Shown here: piece after piece, positions 39,473 through 50,663 of the stretch
Position numbering within the stretch: the stretch's first letter is position 1
Layout of the letters: each line of letters opens with the position of its first letter
Assembly (NCBI GenBank): GCA_024137785.1
Contig: JAHRHZ010000020.1
Location: 54,761,049 to 54,825,048 of the forward strand
Direction: 5' to 3'
DNA: 64,000 bases
Source: Ginglymostoma cirratum
Lineage: Eukaryota
Program-made: the position numbers and the translations under genes
The notes under the pieces: model-generated
Told to the model about the DNA's origin: nothing
The model's database searches: none
The model's input: the letters and a program-made list of their open reading frames with translations, nothing else

Positions 39473-40054
39473 CTAGAGATAAATGGGACATGCATTGAGA
39501 TTTGTTTTATTAAAATACAGAGATTTGACAATTTCCAAACAGGATTGTAGGATTCTAGGGGTTAACATTTTACTATTTTGCCAAGTCCATGTTTCTAAAT
39601 GCTCAAATACAGATACACAGTTCACCCTTAGTAACCAGTATACCAGTGTTATCCACGTTATAGGAGTCCACAGCCTAATAAAATTGTTAGCTCTGCCTGT
39701 GGGCTAAGGACGTAGTATTGTCAAGGGATCAGCAATCTGTTTTTCAAGCAAGTACTGTTCTCTCTCCTCATTTCCCACTGTTACTACGCAGCTGAAGAAT
39801 TAAATACAGATTGAGCAATTTTTTTTAAAAATGAAGTTGAATTTTGAATTTCTTTGTCACAATATATTTTCCAGATATTATGGAAGTATATTTTCATTAA
39901 ACAGGAAATGTGAATATCTGGAATGATTTATATAAACCATCTGCAATTATTACCATAAAGTTTAAAAAAAATTTCTCCCCCATACTTTATGATTTCATTA
40001 TCTCCAGCCTTCTATCCCACTCCTTACTGGGGAATCACAGTTAAAGTGCAGCTT

Positions 40055-40952
40055 GTAACTGAGTCATATGTGGATCCTAAGTGTGAAAGAAACTCATATT
40101 AGATGGGGAAGGTATCTTCGAGGCAGAGGGGGAGGAATGAAAACCTGGATATTCAAAAGAGATACATCTCTTACCAGGTCCAACAACGAAGTGATCATGG
40201 TTCAAGAGAACACAAGTGGGATAACAATGCAGTTTGGAGAACTTGCTAAAAATTCAATAACTGATGACTCCATAAACTGCAGATGATTTTCACTGGAGAG
40301 TTTATGAAGCACAAAAGCAGGACAGTTTCTGATTTTACAGAATTCTGGGCTGACATCTGAAACAAAGTGAGTTTTGCACACAGGATTCCGTTCCACATCA
40401 GCAGCTCAGGGTTTCATCCATACCCCGCAGTGTCACCACTCTGTCACCTCAGGTGGGGCCAAACCATTTGCTTACCTGCATGAGCCAAGCTTAGAGCCCA
40501 TAGCCGGAGATAGGATGCAGTGTTAGAGATGCAGCCAAGACAGTACTCAATTGTGTGGATGGCTTGGTGCACAAAAACATCACCAAAGTTGAACTGGAAT
40601 AATACAAGAAAAAGAAATACTGCTTGCAGCCATTACAAAAAAAAACTCGGTTTTCCATTTTGCAAAGTTTCAAATTCCAGGACTTCCTTCACACCACAAC
40701 TTGCTACTTCTCAGTTGGTGAAAACAGCTAGTAACTGAGTCACATTTGGATCCTAAGTGTGAAAAGAACTCATGTTAGATGGGGAAGGTATCTTCAGGGC
40801 AGAGGGGGAGGAATGACGACCTGGATATTCAAAAAGAGATACATCTCTTACCAGGTCCAACAAGGAAGTGATCACGGCGCAAGTGAACACAAGTGGGACA
40901 ACAATGCAGTTTGGAGAACTTGCTAAAAATTTAATAATTGATGACTCCACAA
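40055..40952 (+). repeat. Direct repeat pair of about 220 bp (40055-40274 and 40731-40952) bracketing an ATP6V0A4 exon
   Basis: Both copies read gtaactgagtca...ggatcctaagtgtgaaa...gagatacatctcttaccaggtccaacaa...caatgcagtttggagaacttgctaaaaat...tgatgactcca, with scattered substitutions. Confidence 0.9.
40476..40593 (-). CDS. ATP6V0A4: V-ATPase subunit a4-like, coding exon (118 nt) with the essential proton-translocating Arg
   Basis: cag|TTC...GCA G|gtaag. Translates [39 protein letters not shown]; the Arg in [12 protein letters not shown] is equivalent to yeast Vph1 R735. Confidence 0.98.
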
Positions 40953-41418
40953 TCTAAGACTCAAGTCATTTTGTTTTTAATCTTGGTAAGTACCAGATTA
41001 ATATCTGCTTCACATTTGGAGAATTTTCAGACTGCATACTCAACCTTCACTGAGATGAAGACAGACGTAGCCTTGTTCACAGTCACTGGGATAAACTATT
41101 AAAACACTGCAGCATTCACATTTTCATAGATTGTACTAAGACATCCAAACGCTACAGTATCCCCACCTGTTAGTTTAAAAATGATAACCTGTCTGATTTT
41201 TCTTGAACAATTCACAACTGCACAGGCAGACTGCACATGATTGAACAGGAGTGTATTGTATATGGGTCTATATCACTACGGATCATAAACTTACTCTTCT
41301 TTACAGACATTCATCCTTCATTGTACATATATTTAAATGTAAAACTATATCCTGAATAGTTATTATTTTGACATGTCAAGACAGGGCTTTAATCCCGGAG
41401 TTGAATATCTGGACTTGC

Positions 41419-41526
41419 CTCTTCACTGTGGTCATCACCATGGTCACTGGTGCTCCTTTGCTGGGGTTGTAGGATATCTGCCTCAACATCAAGTGAATCA
41501 TAGACATTCTCTGGCACAGACACCGA
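41419..41526 (-). CDS. ATP6V0A4: V-ATPase subunit a4-like, variable cytosolic loop exon (108 nt, ends at a GC donor)
   Basis: Pyrimidine tract ttttgttttgcctcttag|TCG...GAA GAG|gcaagt. Open phase 0/0 frame SVSVPENVYDSLDVEADILQPQQRSTSDHGDDHSEE, ending in the DDH.EE expected just before FNFGD. This loop is poorly conserved, so confidence is lower. Confidence 0.85.
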
Positions 41527-41560
41527 CTAAGAGGCAAAACAAAAAGGACATAAAGTTTAG

Positions 41561-41751
41561 AGATAATAGGTACTGCAGATGCTGGAGAATCTGAGATAAC
41601 AAGGTGTAGAACTGGATGAACACAGCAGGCCAGGCAGCATCAGAGGAGCAGGAAGGCTGACGTTTCGGGCATAGACCCTTCTTCAGAAAGGAGCAGCTCC
41701 TCTGATGCTGCTTGGCCTGCTGTGTTCATCCAGTTCTACATCTTGTTATCT
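41561..41751. mobile_element. Penelope-terminus fold-back mini-element with a 10-bp TSD
   Basis: taaagtttag at 41551-41560 and 41752-41761, inverted arms, and an intact hammerhead motif on the minus strand at 41657-41686. Confidence 0.85.
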
Positions 41752-41815
41752 TAAAGTTTAGTCAACCAAGTTTCACCTGTCAGTCCTAGAGATTTTTGCC
41801 AACTATATGATGGAT

Positions 41816-41906
41816 ACACCCCCGTCCCTCTGTAAGCCCGGGGTACAGTACCGGTGGGGACACCTCCGTCCCTGTGTAAGCCCGGGGTACAGTACCGGTG
41901 GGGACA
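41816..41906 (+). repeat. 44-bp GC-rich tandem duplication (2 units)
   Basis: acacc(c/t)ccgtccct(c/g)tgtaagcccggggtacagtaccggtgggg, twice. Confidence 0.9.
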
Positions 41907-42614
41907 GGCCCAATGCCATACACTTCAATAATATTCTATAATAAACTATGTAAATAGCAAAGATACATCTCTGCATTGATCTATAGTATTAGTTTTAGAT
42001 TATCTTGAACCCAAATTATTCAGGCTAAACTACAGGCTGCCGACGCCATTGTTTTCTGTACATTCACTATCCAGAGCGGCAGTATCCATGCTCTATAAAA
42101 CATGAAATGGTTCAGCAGGAATTGACAGAATTGACCTGGTGCTCTCTGGCAATTTCAAATGGCAAAACACATGTGGAAGCCATTCACACAATCTACAAAA
42201 CCCACTGTTCTAAAGTCACTGGGTTTCCATTCTTTATTCCCCAAAGACAGTGCCACAAGTTGCCAGGGGAAAATAGTCACGGTTCCGTCACTTGAAATCT
42301 GCAAGACTAATCTTTAGATTATTTCTATTCAAAAACTTTATATTTCAGGATGATCATTGCAGCAGATGGTTGAGAGCAGCACCAGTTGGTGGAATACAGA
42401 TGATAGCCTGTGATGTGAATGCATCTAAAGTAAAAGTCAGAATGGTGCGTGGTTTTGAAAGGAATTTACAAGTTGCGATATATCCATTCACCTACAATTC
42501 CATATCTTATAGAAGGTGGTCAGTTTATTCCATTCCTGTTACTATGTCAATATTCTGGAATACCTGTGCTAACAGTATTGTGGGTAAACTATAAACTGGC
42601 TGTTCAAGAAGGTG

Positions 42615-42824
42615 AGACAACAAGCGTAGAGCTGGATGAACACAGCAGGCCAAGCAGCAACAGAGGAGCAGGAAGGCTGACGTTTTGGGCCTAGACCCTT
42701 CTTCAGAAAATTTTCTGAAGAAGGGTCTAGGCCCGAAACGTCAGCCTTCATGCTCGGCCTGTGTTCATCCAGCTCTACACCTTGTTATCTCAGATTCTCC
42801 AGCATCTGCAGTTCCCACTATCTC
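42615..42824. mobile_element. Penelope-terminus fold-back mini-element with a 14-bp TSD
   Basis: tgttcaagaaggtg at 42601-42614 and 42825-42838. The palindrome is centred on cagaaaattttctg, with an intact plus-strand hammerhead motif at 42715-42744. Confidence 0.9.
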
Positions 42825-42879
42825 TGTTCAAGAAGGTGGTCCAGTTTCAGATGACAAATTGATAAAAAGCACTAAGTGC

Positions 42880-44250
42880 TGATCTTGTCTACAACATTCA
42901 CATCCAGTGAACATACTGAAAGAAAACAAGCCCCGAGAGAAGCTGCTCCAGCACAGCTACAATACTGGCACTACCCAACAATTTGGAAAATTGCCCAGGT
43001 ATGTTCTGTTCACAAGAAGCAGGACAATTCCAACTAGGCCAATTACCGCCCCATCTGCCCACTCCCGACCGTCAGTAAAGTGATGAAGGTGTCATCAACA
43101 GTGCTATCAAACAGCACCTTCTCAGCAATAACCTGCTCAGTGACGCCCAGTTTGGGTTCCTGACCTAATTACAGCCTTGGCTCAGTCATGGACAAAAAGA
43201 GCTGAATTCCAGAGGTGAAGTGATAGTGACAGCCCTTGATATCGTTGAAGCAAGTGTGGCATCAAGGAATTAAGCAAAACTGGAATCATTGGGCATTGGC
43301 TGAAGTCACACCTGGCACATAGAAAGATGTTTGTGGTCGTGGAGATCAGTCATTTCAACTCCAGGACATCTCTGCAGGAGTTCCTCAGGGTAGTATCACA
43401 AGTCCAACCACCTATTTCAGTTTTGTTAATGAACATCCCTGCCTCGTAAGCTCAGAAGTGAGGATGTTTACACAATGATTAGCAACATTCCCGACTCCTC
43501 ACCTACTGAAGCAGTCAGAGTATAGGTGCAGCAAGACCTGGACAATGTTCATGCTTGGGCTGAAAAATGACAAGTAACAAGTTCTCTGCAAGTGCCAGGT
43601 AATGATCATCTCCATAAAAAGAGAGATTCTAATCTTCGCCCTTGACATTCATGATATTACCATCACTGAATCCCCTACTATCAACATTTTGGGGATTACT
43701 GCTAACTGGATGAGCAACACAAGCGCTCTGGATACACGAGGGAGTCAGAGCCTCAGGAATTAGCAGTGAGTAACTCACATTATCATTCCCTAAAGCCTGT
43801 TCACCATCTACAAGGCACAAGTCAGGAGAGTGATGGAATGCACCCCAATTGCCTAGATGAGTGCATCTCCATCAACAGTCTGGAAGAGCCTCCATTGATT
43901 GGCACATCCCCAAACATTCATGCCCTCCACCAAAACTCAGCGGTAGAAACGTATACCATCTACAAGGTAATATGGAGATAGACAGAGTATATTTATTGAA
44001 AAGGTAGAATCTATCTTCCTTCTCTCAACTTTACCTGGTTCATCTCTGACTCACTGTCCTGACTTGGGAAAATATCTCCATTCCTTAACTGTTACTGGGT
44101 CAAAACTCAGGAACTCCCTCCCTAATTGCATTGTGGGTCTACCTGCAGCAAACAGACTGCAGCTCACCACCACCCTCTCAAGGGCAACGAGGGATGGGCA
44201 AGAAATGCTGACACAGTAGCGGTGCCTACACCCCACGAATGAAAAGAAAA
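42880..44250 (+). mobile_element. CR1/L2-clade LINE RT fragment with 3' tail
   Basis: WKIAQVCSVHKKQDNSN.ANYRPI-like and ggagttcctcagggtagt (GVPQGS) segments, a QQDLDNV.AWA motif, and the shared tail. Confidence 0.8.
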
Positions 44251-44622
44251 AGGAACAATTACTTAAGGTCTAGACAGACTAGCAAGAGAGACAAATTGTT
44301 CTCATTAGTCAAGAGTGAAAACTAGAGGACACAGGTTTAAGGTAATTGCAAACAAAAACTATTCATGCATCCAAACGTTTGGATCTGAAATGCACTGCCT
44401 GATGGTGATGGAGACAGATAGCATAATGACTTTCAAAAGGGAATTGGATATGTACTTACAGAGGGGCAAAGAAAAGTGATCAGTCACGGGAATAGAACTA
44501 GCCAAGTTGGACAATTTGAGAGATAATCAGGATAGAGAAGGATAGAAATGGTACCTAGAGTTGTCCACCCTATTATAATTCCTGACATACAAACCATCAG
44601 CTTCAATGATCTTTATTCTTAC

Positions 44623-44730
44623 CACGCGTTGAGCTCTTTTATGATTCGACCGCAAAATGAAGGGCTTCAGAAAAAGCATCCAGGGTACAGCAATGATTGC
44701 AATAATCACCAGAAAACTTTGAATCTCTTG
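44623..44730 (-). CDS. ATP6V0A4: V-ATPase subunit a4-like, coding exon (108 nt)
   Basis: cag|CAA...GTG|gtaag. Translates [36 protein letters not shown] (VPWML.KP motif). Confidence 0.95.
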
Positions 44731-45524
44731 CTGTAAAAACAGGAAGTTAATTTAGAGAGAGAGGTATTGAATTTCCACTCAGTGTCTGTTGAGCAGTACT
44801 CCAGCAGACTTGTCAAGCCTGAATTCCCTTTCGTAAATCCATGCTGAATCTGTTTGATGCTGCCACTGTTCTCCAAGCGTTCTACTATTAAACCTTTCAT
44901 AAGAGACTAACGTTTTCTCCACTAGTAATGTCAGGCAGACAAGTCTATATTCTGTTTTCACACCATCTCGTTTTAAATTAGTGAGGTTACATTATCCAAT
45001 CCATAGGAACTGTTACAGAGTCTATAAAATCTTGAGAAATGATCACGATCTACATTTCTAGGACCACTTCCTTAAATACTCTGCTACGTACATTCTTTTT
45101 TTATTGTTTTTATTTGGTCCTCAGGTCAATCTCTAGATGGTTTCTCAATGGATTGGTCCAGAAAACCATCCCGTACACATTCCAACTCTTGCTTACAATA
45201 TCTCAATTACCTTGTCAAGCACCTTTTTACTCTTTGTACACCTCTGCTTCTACTGTCCTTTCAAGTAGTGTATGCACAATCCTTACCACACAGTGAAAGA
45301 TTACCTCCTCAAATCCTCTCAAAAACCTCTGGCTTTTATCCTAAATCTATGTCATCTGGCATGTGATTAGGTCCATTGCCCAGAAATAGCTTGATAACTC
45401 CACTGAAAATGCCAATGCATGTTTGCAGCACACTGTGTGGATATGAATAATAGAGGATTTTTATCTGTCATTCGACCAGCAATTGAATTTTAATCGAAGC
45501 TCAAATAAAATACACAACACTTGC

Positions 45525-45741
45525 CTGATGACTGTATAAGGGCTGGTTAGAAGGATCATTGTAACTAAACAGAAACATATTGATGAAGTGGATTAGAATA
45601 CTGGGAGCAATCTGAGAATTCTTAACGTGGTAAAAACACCACTTAAAAATAACCATGAAGACCAGGTAACCAAATAAACTCAAAATGAAGATCATCTCAG
45701 GAACAAACTGAAGGACGATGTTGACCTTATTTTTAAAGTAT
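45525..45741 (-). CDS. ATP6V0A4: V-ATPase subunit a4-like, coding exon (217 nt, ends at a GC donor)
   Basis: cag|A TAC...CAT CAG|gcaagt. Translates [72 protein letters not shown]. The GC donor gives the phase-0 junction needed by the next exon. Confidence 0.94.
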
Positions 45742-48691
45742 CTGTAAAACAGAAAAAAGGAGGGAACAAGTTATAGTCAGATCAAGGCCTTGTAAAGAAC
45801 ATTTTGTCTCACTAATGAATGTATAAATATTCGCATTTAGAGACCACCACTCAACCCTAAGACATGCAATGCACTTTTCAGCCAATGAGGCACTTTCCAA
45901 ATAAGTAATATCTATAACTTTATACAGTTTTACATTTTTAATGTCAGAAACAGCACCCGATTTGTACATAGCAGGAACTCTCAAACAACAATGCAATAGT
46001 GTCCAGATAATATGCTTTAGAAATATTGGTTGGGCAATAAATATTAGACACTACACCATGGAGAATTCCCCTTTTCTTCCTTAAAATAATGCAATGGGAT
46101 GTTCCGTGTATACCCAACATAGCAGAAGAGCACAAAGGAAATGCTGATGTCTCAGAGGTATGATCTTTCAGATAGGATTTTGAACAGAGATTTCACCTAT
46201 CCTCTTAGGCACTACTTGAAGAGAAGCAAGACTCCTAATTTCAAAGCATTCACCCGAGATGATGTTCACACTTATCATTCTCCAACGAAAAGGGATTGCT
46301 CATTTCTAATCCTGCTCAATGCTGACTCATTTGGACACATTTGAAACATCTTCGGAAGAATAGCCTTTAGCTGTACTGTTTTTCCGGCTCTGGAGTCAAG
46401 TTGGCCAAACAGATGAAGCATCAATAGGGAAAAAAAACTTAGGGAACAGTGATCATATCATCATGAAGTTTAGCTAAGTTATAGAAAAGGGTTATGAGTA
46501 TTCTCGAGCAAGAATACCCTAATTGAAAGGGAACCCACTTTTTGTCTGGAGATTGGAAGCATCATGGGTAAACTGGAATCAGATTGATTGGAGAAGCTTA
46601 AATCAAATAATTAGTTTCCTTCAAATATAATAAGTCCTCTCAAAGTTGCGATTCCTAAAATGTGACTCAGTGAATCACTGATTTCTGAAGTTAGAACTGG
46701 AATTTGGTCCCTTTACACATTTCTTGCATTGGAAAAGTCATGTACAGGTTGAAATACTTTATTTAACATGTACAATACTGCGCTTTCCTGGCAAAAAATA
46801 ACTTAAAATAAGATTAATTGCAAAACAGAAGAGAAATACTGTACAGCTGGTTTCTTCAGGACCTTAGCTAAAAACGTTAACCCACTAAATCGAAATGGTG
46901 TGCATGCCCACATTCATGGATAAAATAATCTGAGAAATGAAATACATTTAAAACAGAAATACAGTATAAAAGTTCTGTAAATTTATGCTAAAATACACAG
47001 CTGATGAATTTAGAATTGATCAAACTCCATCTAGTGGGAAAAGCTGATCAGTGTAACTGAATGATCTACATTAACTAATCTGTCATTAAGCTGACTTCAA
47101 TGCAAGCTCAGAACATGAAGCAGAAACGATGCAGACACTGGAGACTTCAAATGTACTACAGAGGGCAGGAACAGGAGGCCAACAGCAGGATGGTGGGGTT
47201 TGGCAGTAAAGAGGGACTGTAGACAGAGACAGAAATCAGAGGAAGCCTGTAGGACTTCAGGACTGAGGGTGGGAGATCAGGTCTAAAGTGCAGGCAGACC
47301 ACAGAAAAGAAATCTGAAAAAAATTCAAAATGTTGTTTGCCTCAATGCTAAACTAATATACTGTCACTATTTTGTTAAAGACGTTTGACATGAGTATTTG
47401 TCTCTCTCTTTACCAAGGATAACGCTGTCAAAGTCACGAGAAGGCAGTTGCAATACTGGATGGGCTAAAATCAGTTAAAAAGAAGGGATTATGAAAGACA
47501 AGTGTAGGATATCCTTAAATTATCTATAAGTGAGCAAAGGGATGATGATTATGGTACATTGGAGATGATTATATATTCAGAAGTATGCTGGCAGGGCCAG
47601 CATTTATTGATCATTCCTATTCATCCTCAAAAAGTTGGTAATAAGCTGGCTTCTTAAACCATTACTGTCCATCCAGTGCATGTACACTGTGCTGTTGAGG
47701 GAAGGAGTTCTAGGATTTTAACCCAGTGACAGCAAAGGAATAGCAATGTAATTCCAACCAGGACTGTGCGCGGCTTGATGGTGAATGCTCCTGTGTAAAG
47801 CCTGCTCTTTATGTGGTCCAAATCGTGGATTAGGAAGATTTTGAGGGAGAATTGGCCAATGGAAGATGCGTACGTCAAATCAAGTTGCTCTGTCCTGGAT
47901 AGCACCAGTCTTCCCGCACATTGTTGGAGCTGCACTCATCCAAGTCAGAAGATCATGGGATCAATTCCTGTTCCAGAAACCTATTCAAATAGTTCAAGCT
48001 GACACCTCAGTGCAGTGTCTCCTCAGCATTGCTGAATCAAAGAGCCAACTTTCAGACTGCTTTAACCTTTGAACCTACCTGTCTTTCTAATGGGCTAATG
48101 AGACTGCATCAAAACAGGAGAAAGGAAGTCACCCTAATTTCTATGCAAAAATGATTTTTCAACCGGATAACCAGGATAGATGTGGCCTTTACCTCACTGC
48201 TGACTAATCAGAGGACGATGATGTGTGGAAAGTGGCAACTACGTTACAAGTGATTGTTAATATTAGAGGTGCTGTGGATTGAATCTATGTGCAGGCTCTC
48301 ATCAGATTAGGGATAACTGATCCTGTTTGGGGGAAAAAGTTAGGCGCATATACAAAAATCAATTTAGGGGGCTTGCAGCTCAGTGGCTACGTCCGTATCT
48401 CTGAGCGAGAAGTTTGTGCCTGGAAACCCACTTCAACAAAATTGCAACATGACATGTCGATTAAAAATAATTCATAAGGAGTAGTTTCTACTTGAGGAGT
48501 ACTTTAGGCACGTAGAAGGGGAAGTAGTCTTGGATTGAGTATTATGAATAAACCCAATGAAAGATGACCCCTTTCCTGCTTTTACCTTTGTCAGACACAG
48601 AGGTTTATCTGTTTACCAGTGATTATATCTCAAAATATTTCCCTAGTTCTAATGTGTTTGGGGACATGTGGTCACAAAGAACATGATACAT

Positions 48692-48860
48692 AAATGCAGA
48701 AATTGCTGGAAAAGCTCAGCGGGTCTGACAGCACCTATAGACAAAAATCAGAGTCAACGTTTTGGGTTGAGGAAGGGTCACTCGACCTGAAAATTTAACT
48801 CTGATTTCTCTCCACAGATGCTGCCAAACCTGCTGAGCTTTTCCAGCAATTTCTGCTTTT
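48692..48860. mobile_element. Older Penelope-terminus fold-back
   Basis: gcagaaattgctggaaaagctcagc ... gctgagcttttccagcaatttctgc inverted arms around a decayed gaggaagggtcactcgacctgaaa core. A related relic lies at about 51720-51880. Confidence 0.7.
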
Positions 48861-48954
48861 GTTTCATATTTACAAGATGTGCAGTTCTTTCGGTTTTTAT
48901 GATATATAAATATCTCTCGACATAAACAAATCTGGAATAATGTCTTGCACTTAC

Positions 48955-49073
48955 ATGTGATTAAAAATACTGAGGACCACACCGAAGATCATCTGAATGA
49001 TACCGAGAATGACTGACATCTTCATCTTGTAGGAGTTGAGGAAGGTTAGCTTGTTTGAAGCTATATTCCAAAT
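48955..49073 (-). CDS. ATP6V0A4: V-ATPase subunit a4-like, coding exon (119 nt)
   Basis: aag|ATT...CAC AT|gtaag. Translates [39 protein letters not shown]. Confidence 0.97.
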
Positions 49074-49290
49074 CTTTGAAATAATAAAAGAATATTTATT
49101 ACTAGCTGTTGGAGGTGAAGTCAAAAGTAATTTGGAGATTATAATTTGCATTACTGATGTGTGTGTAAACTCAAGCATCCCTGCATTAAATTCCTTTCTC
49201 TATGTCCTCAACCAATGTATCTACTGTGACTACCCACCTTACCCCTTTACCGTTCCTTATCCAGTTATGAACTGGTTATTAAAACGATTT

Positions 49291-49495
49291 TGAGATAACA
49301 AGGTGTAGAGCAGGATGAGCACAGCAGGCCAAGCAGCATCAGAGGAGCAGGAAAGCTGATGTTTAGGGTCCGGACCCTTCTTCAGTCCAGACCCAAAACG
49401 TCAGCCTTCCTGCTCCTCTGATGCTGCTTGGCCTGCTGCGTTCATCCAGCTTGTTATCTCAGATTCTCCAGCATCTGCAGTTCCTACTATCTCTC
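49291..49495. mobile_element. Penelope-terminus fold-back mini-element (decayed hammerheads)
   Basis: gagataacaagg...cagcaggccaagcagcatcagaggagcagga / tcctgctcctctgatgctgcttggcctgctg...ttgttatctc. Confidence 0.85.
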
Positions 49496-49602
49496 ACATT
49501 AAATTGACTTGGTGTTTTGGTTCAAGTAGATTGTCAAATGCATGCCAAATGCCCCAAGCTCATCACTTCATTTAATGATAATGATTTGATCATTTGGTTA
49601 AA

Positions 49603-50445
49603 ACCATAAGACAGAGCAGAAGTAGCCATTCAGCCCATCAGGCCTGCTCTGCTCTGGCTGATATGATAATCCTCAACTCCACTTTCCTGCTTTTCCAACA
49701 TAATGTTCGATTCCCTTCCTGATTAAAATAAAAAACTCTCAGCTTTGAATATATTTAATGACCAAGATTTAACAGCCCTCTGTGGTAAAAGAGTCCACAG
49801 GATCACCACCAAGGGAAGAAATTCCTCCTCATATCTGTGCTAAATGCGCAACCATTGAATCCGAGATTCTGTCCTCTGGTCCTAGGCTCTCCCCCAAGGG
49901 GAAACAACCTCTCCGCATCTACCCTGCCAAGTCCTCTAAGAATCTTCTATGCTTCAATAAGGTCTCATTCTTCTGTATTCCAAGAAGTACAGGCCCACTA
50001 CTCTGCCTCTCTCCATAAGACAGACCCTCCTCCATGACTGGTATCAGCCTAATGAATCCTCTTCAGTCTGCACCCAATGCCAGTACATCTTTTCTTGGAT
50101 AAGGGGCCCAAACCTTTTCGCAGTATCCCAGGTCTGGTTCTACTAATACCTTGCAATAGTTTTAGCAAAACCTCCCTACTTTTATATTGCTCCCTTTTGA
50201 AATCAAGGCCAATCCTCCTTTTGTCTTCCCTATTATCTGCTGAACTTGGATCTTGGCTTTTTGTGATTCACGGATGAGGACTCTCAAATCCCTCTGCTTT
50301 CTGCAGCCCTGCTGCAAATTTAGAAAAAAATTCCACTCCTTTATTCCTCCTGCCAAACCTTTTCTTTTGCCCCATGATGTTCCAGCCACAAAATTTTTGC
50401 CCAGTCATCTAATCTGTCTATATCCCTTTGCAAACTGAGTCATAC
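49603..50445 (-). mobile_element. Decayed CR1 ORF2 3' fragment
   Basis: QRDLRVLIRESQKAKIQVQQII-like segment, with the CR1 tail at the left end. Confidence 0.75.
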
Positions 50446-50569
50446 CAACAACTTACCTTTAAGAGAAACTCAATGAGAAATGGGGATAAAAGAGGAAACT
50501 TGCAGTAATGCAGCAACCATTTCATAATTAACATCAGAAAGAATGGAGTAATTATATATTATTCCTTAC

Positions 50570-50663
50570 CGGGTCAATACCAAATGGGTATGGATTGCCA
50601 GAGAACACTCCAGGTACTGCAGGATCTAACTGGAGCAATAGGTTGTTTTCAACAACATGGTTA
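50570..50663 (-). CDS. ATP6V0A4: V-ATPase subunit a4-like, coding exon (94 nt)
   Basis: cag|T AAC...CCG|gtaag. Translates [31 protein letters not shown]. Confidence 0.96.

Noticed and set aside
41816-41906. Repeat units as a CRISPR-like array
   Set aside because: There are only two adjacent units, no spacers, and the context is a vertebrate intron.
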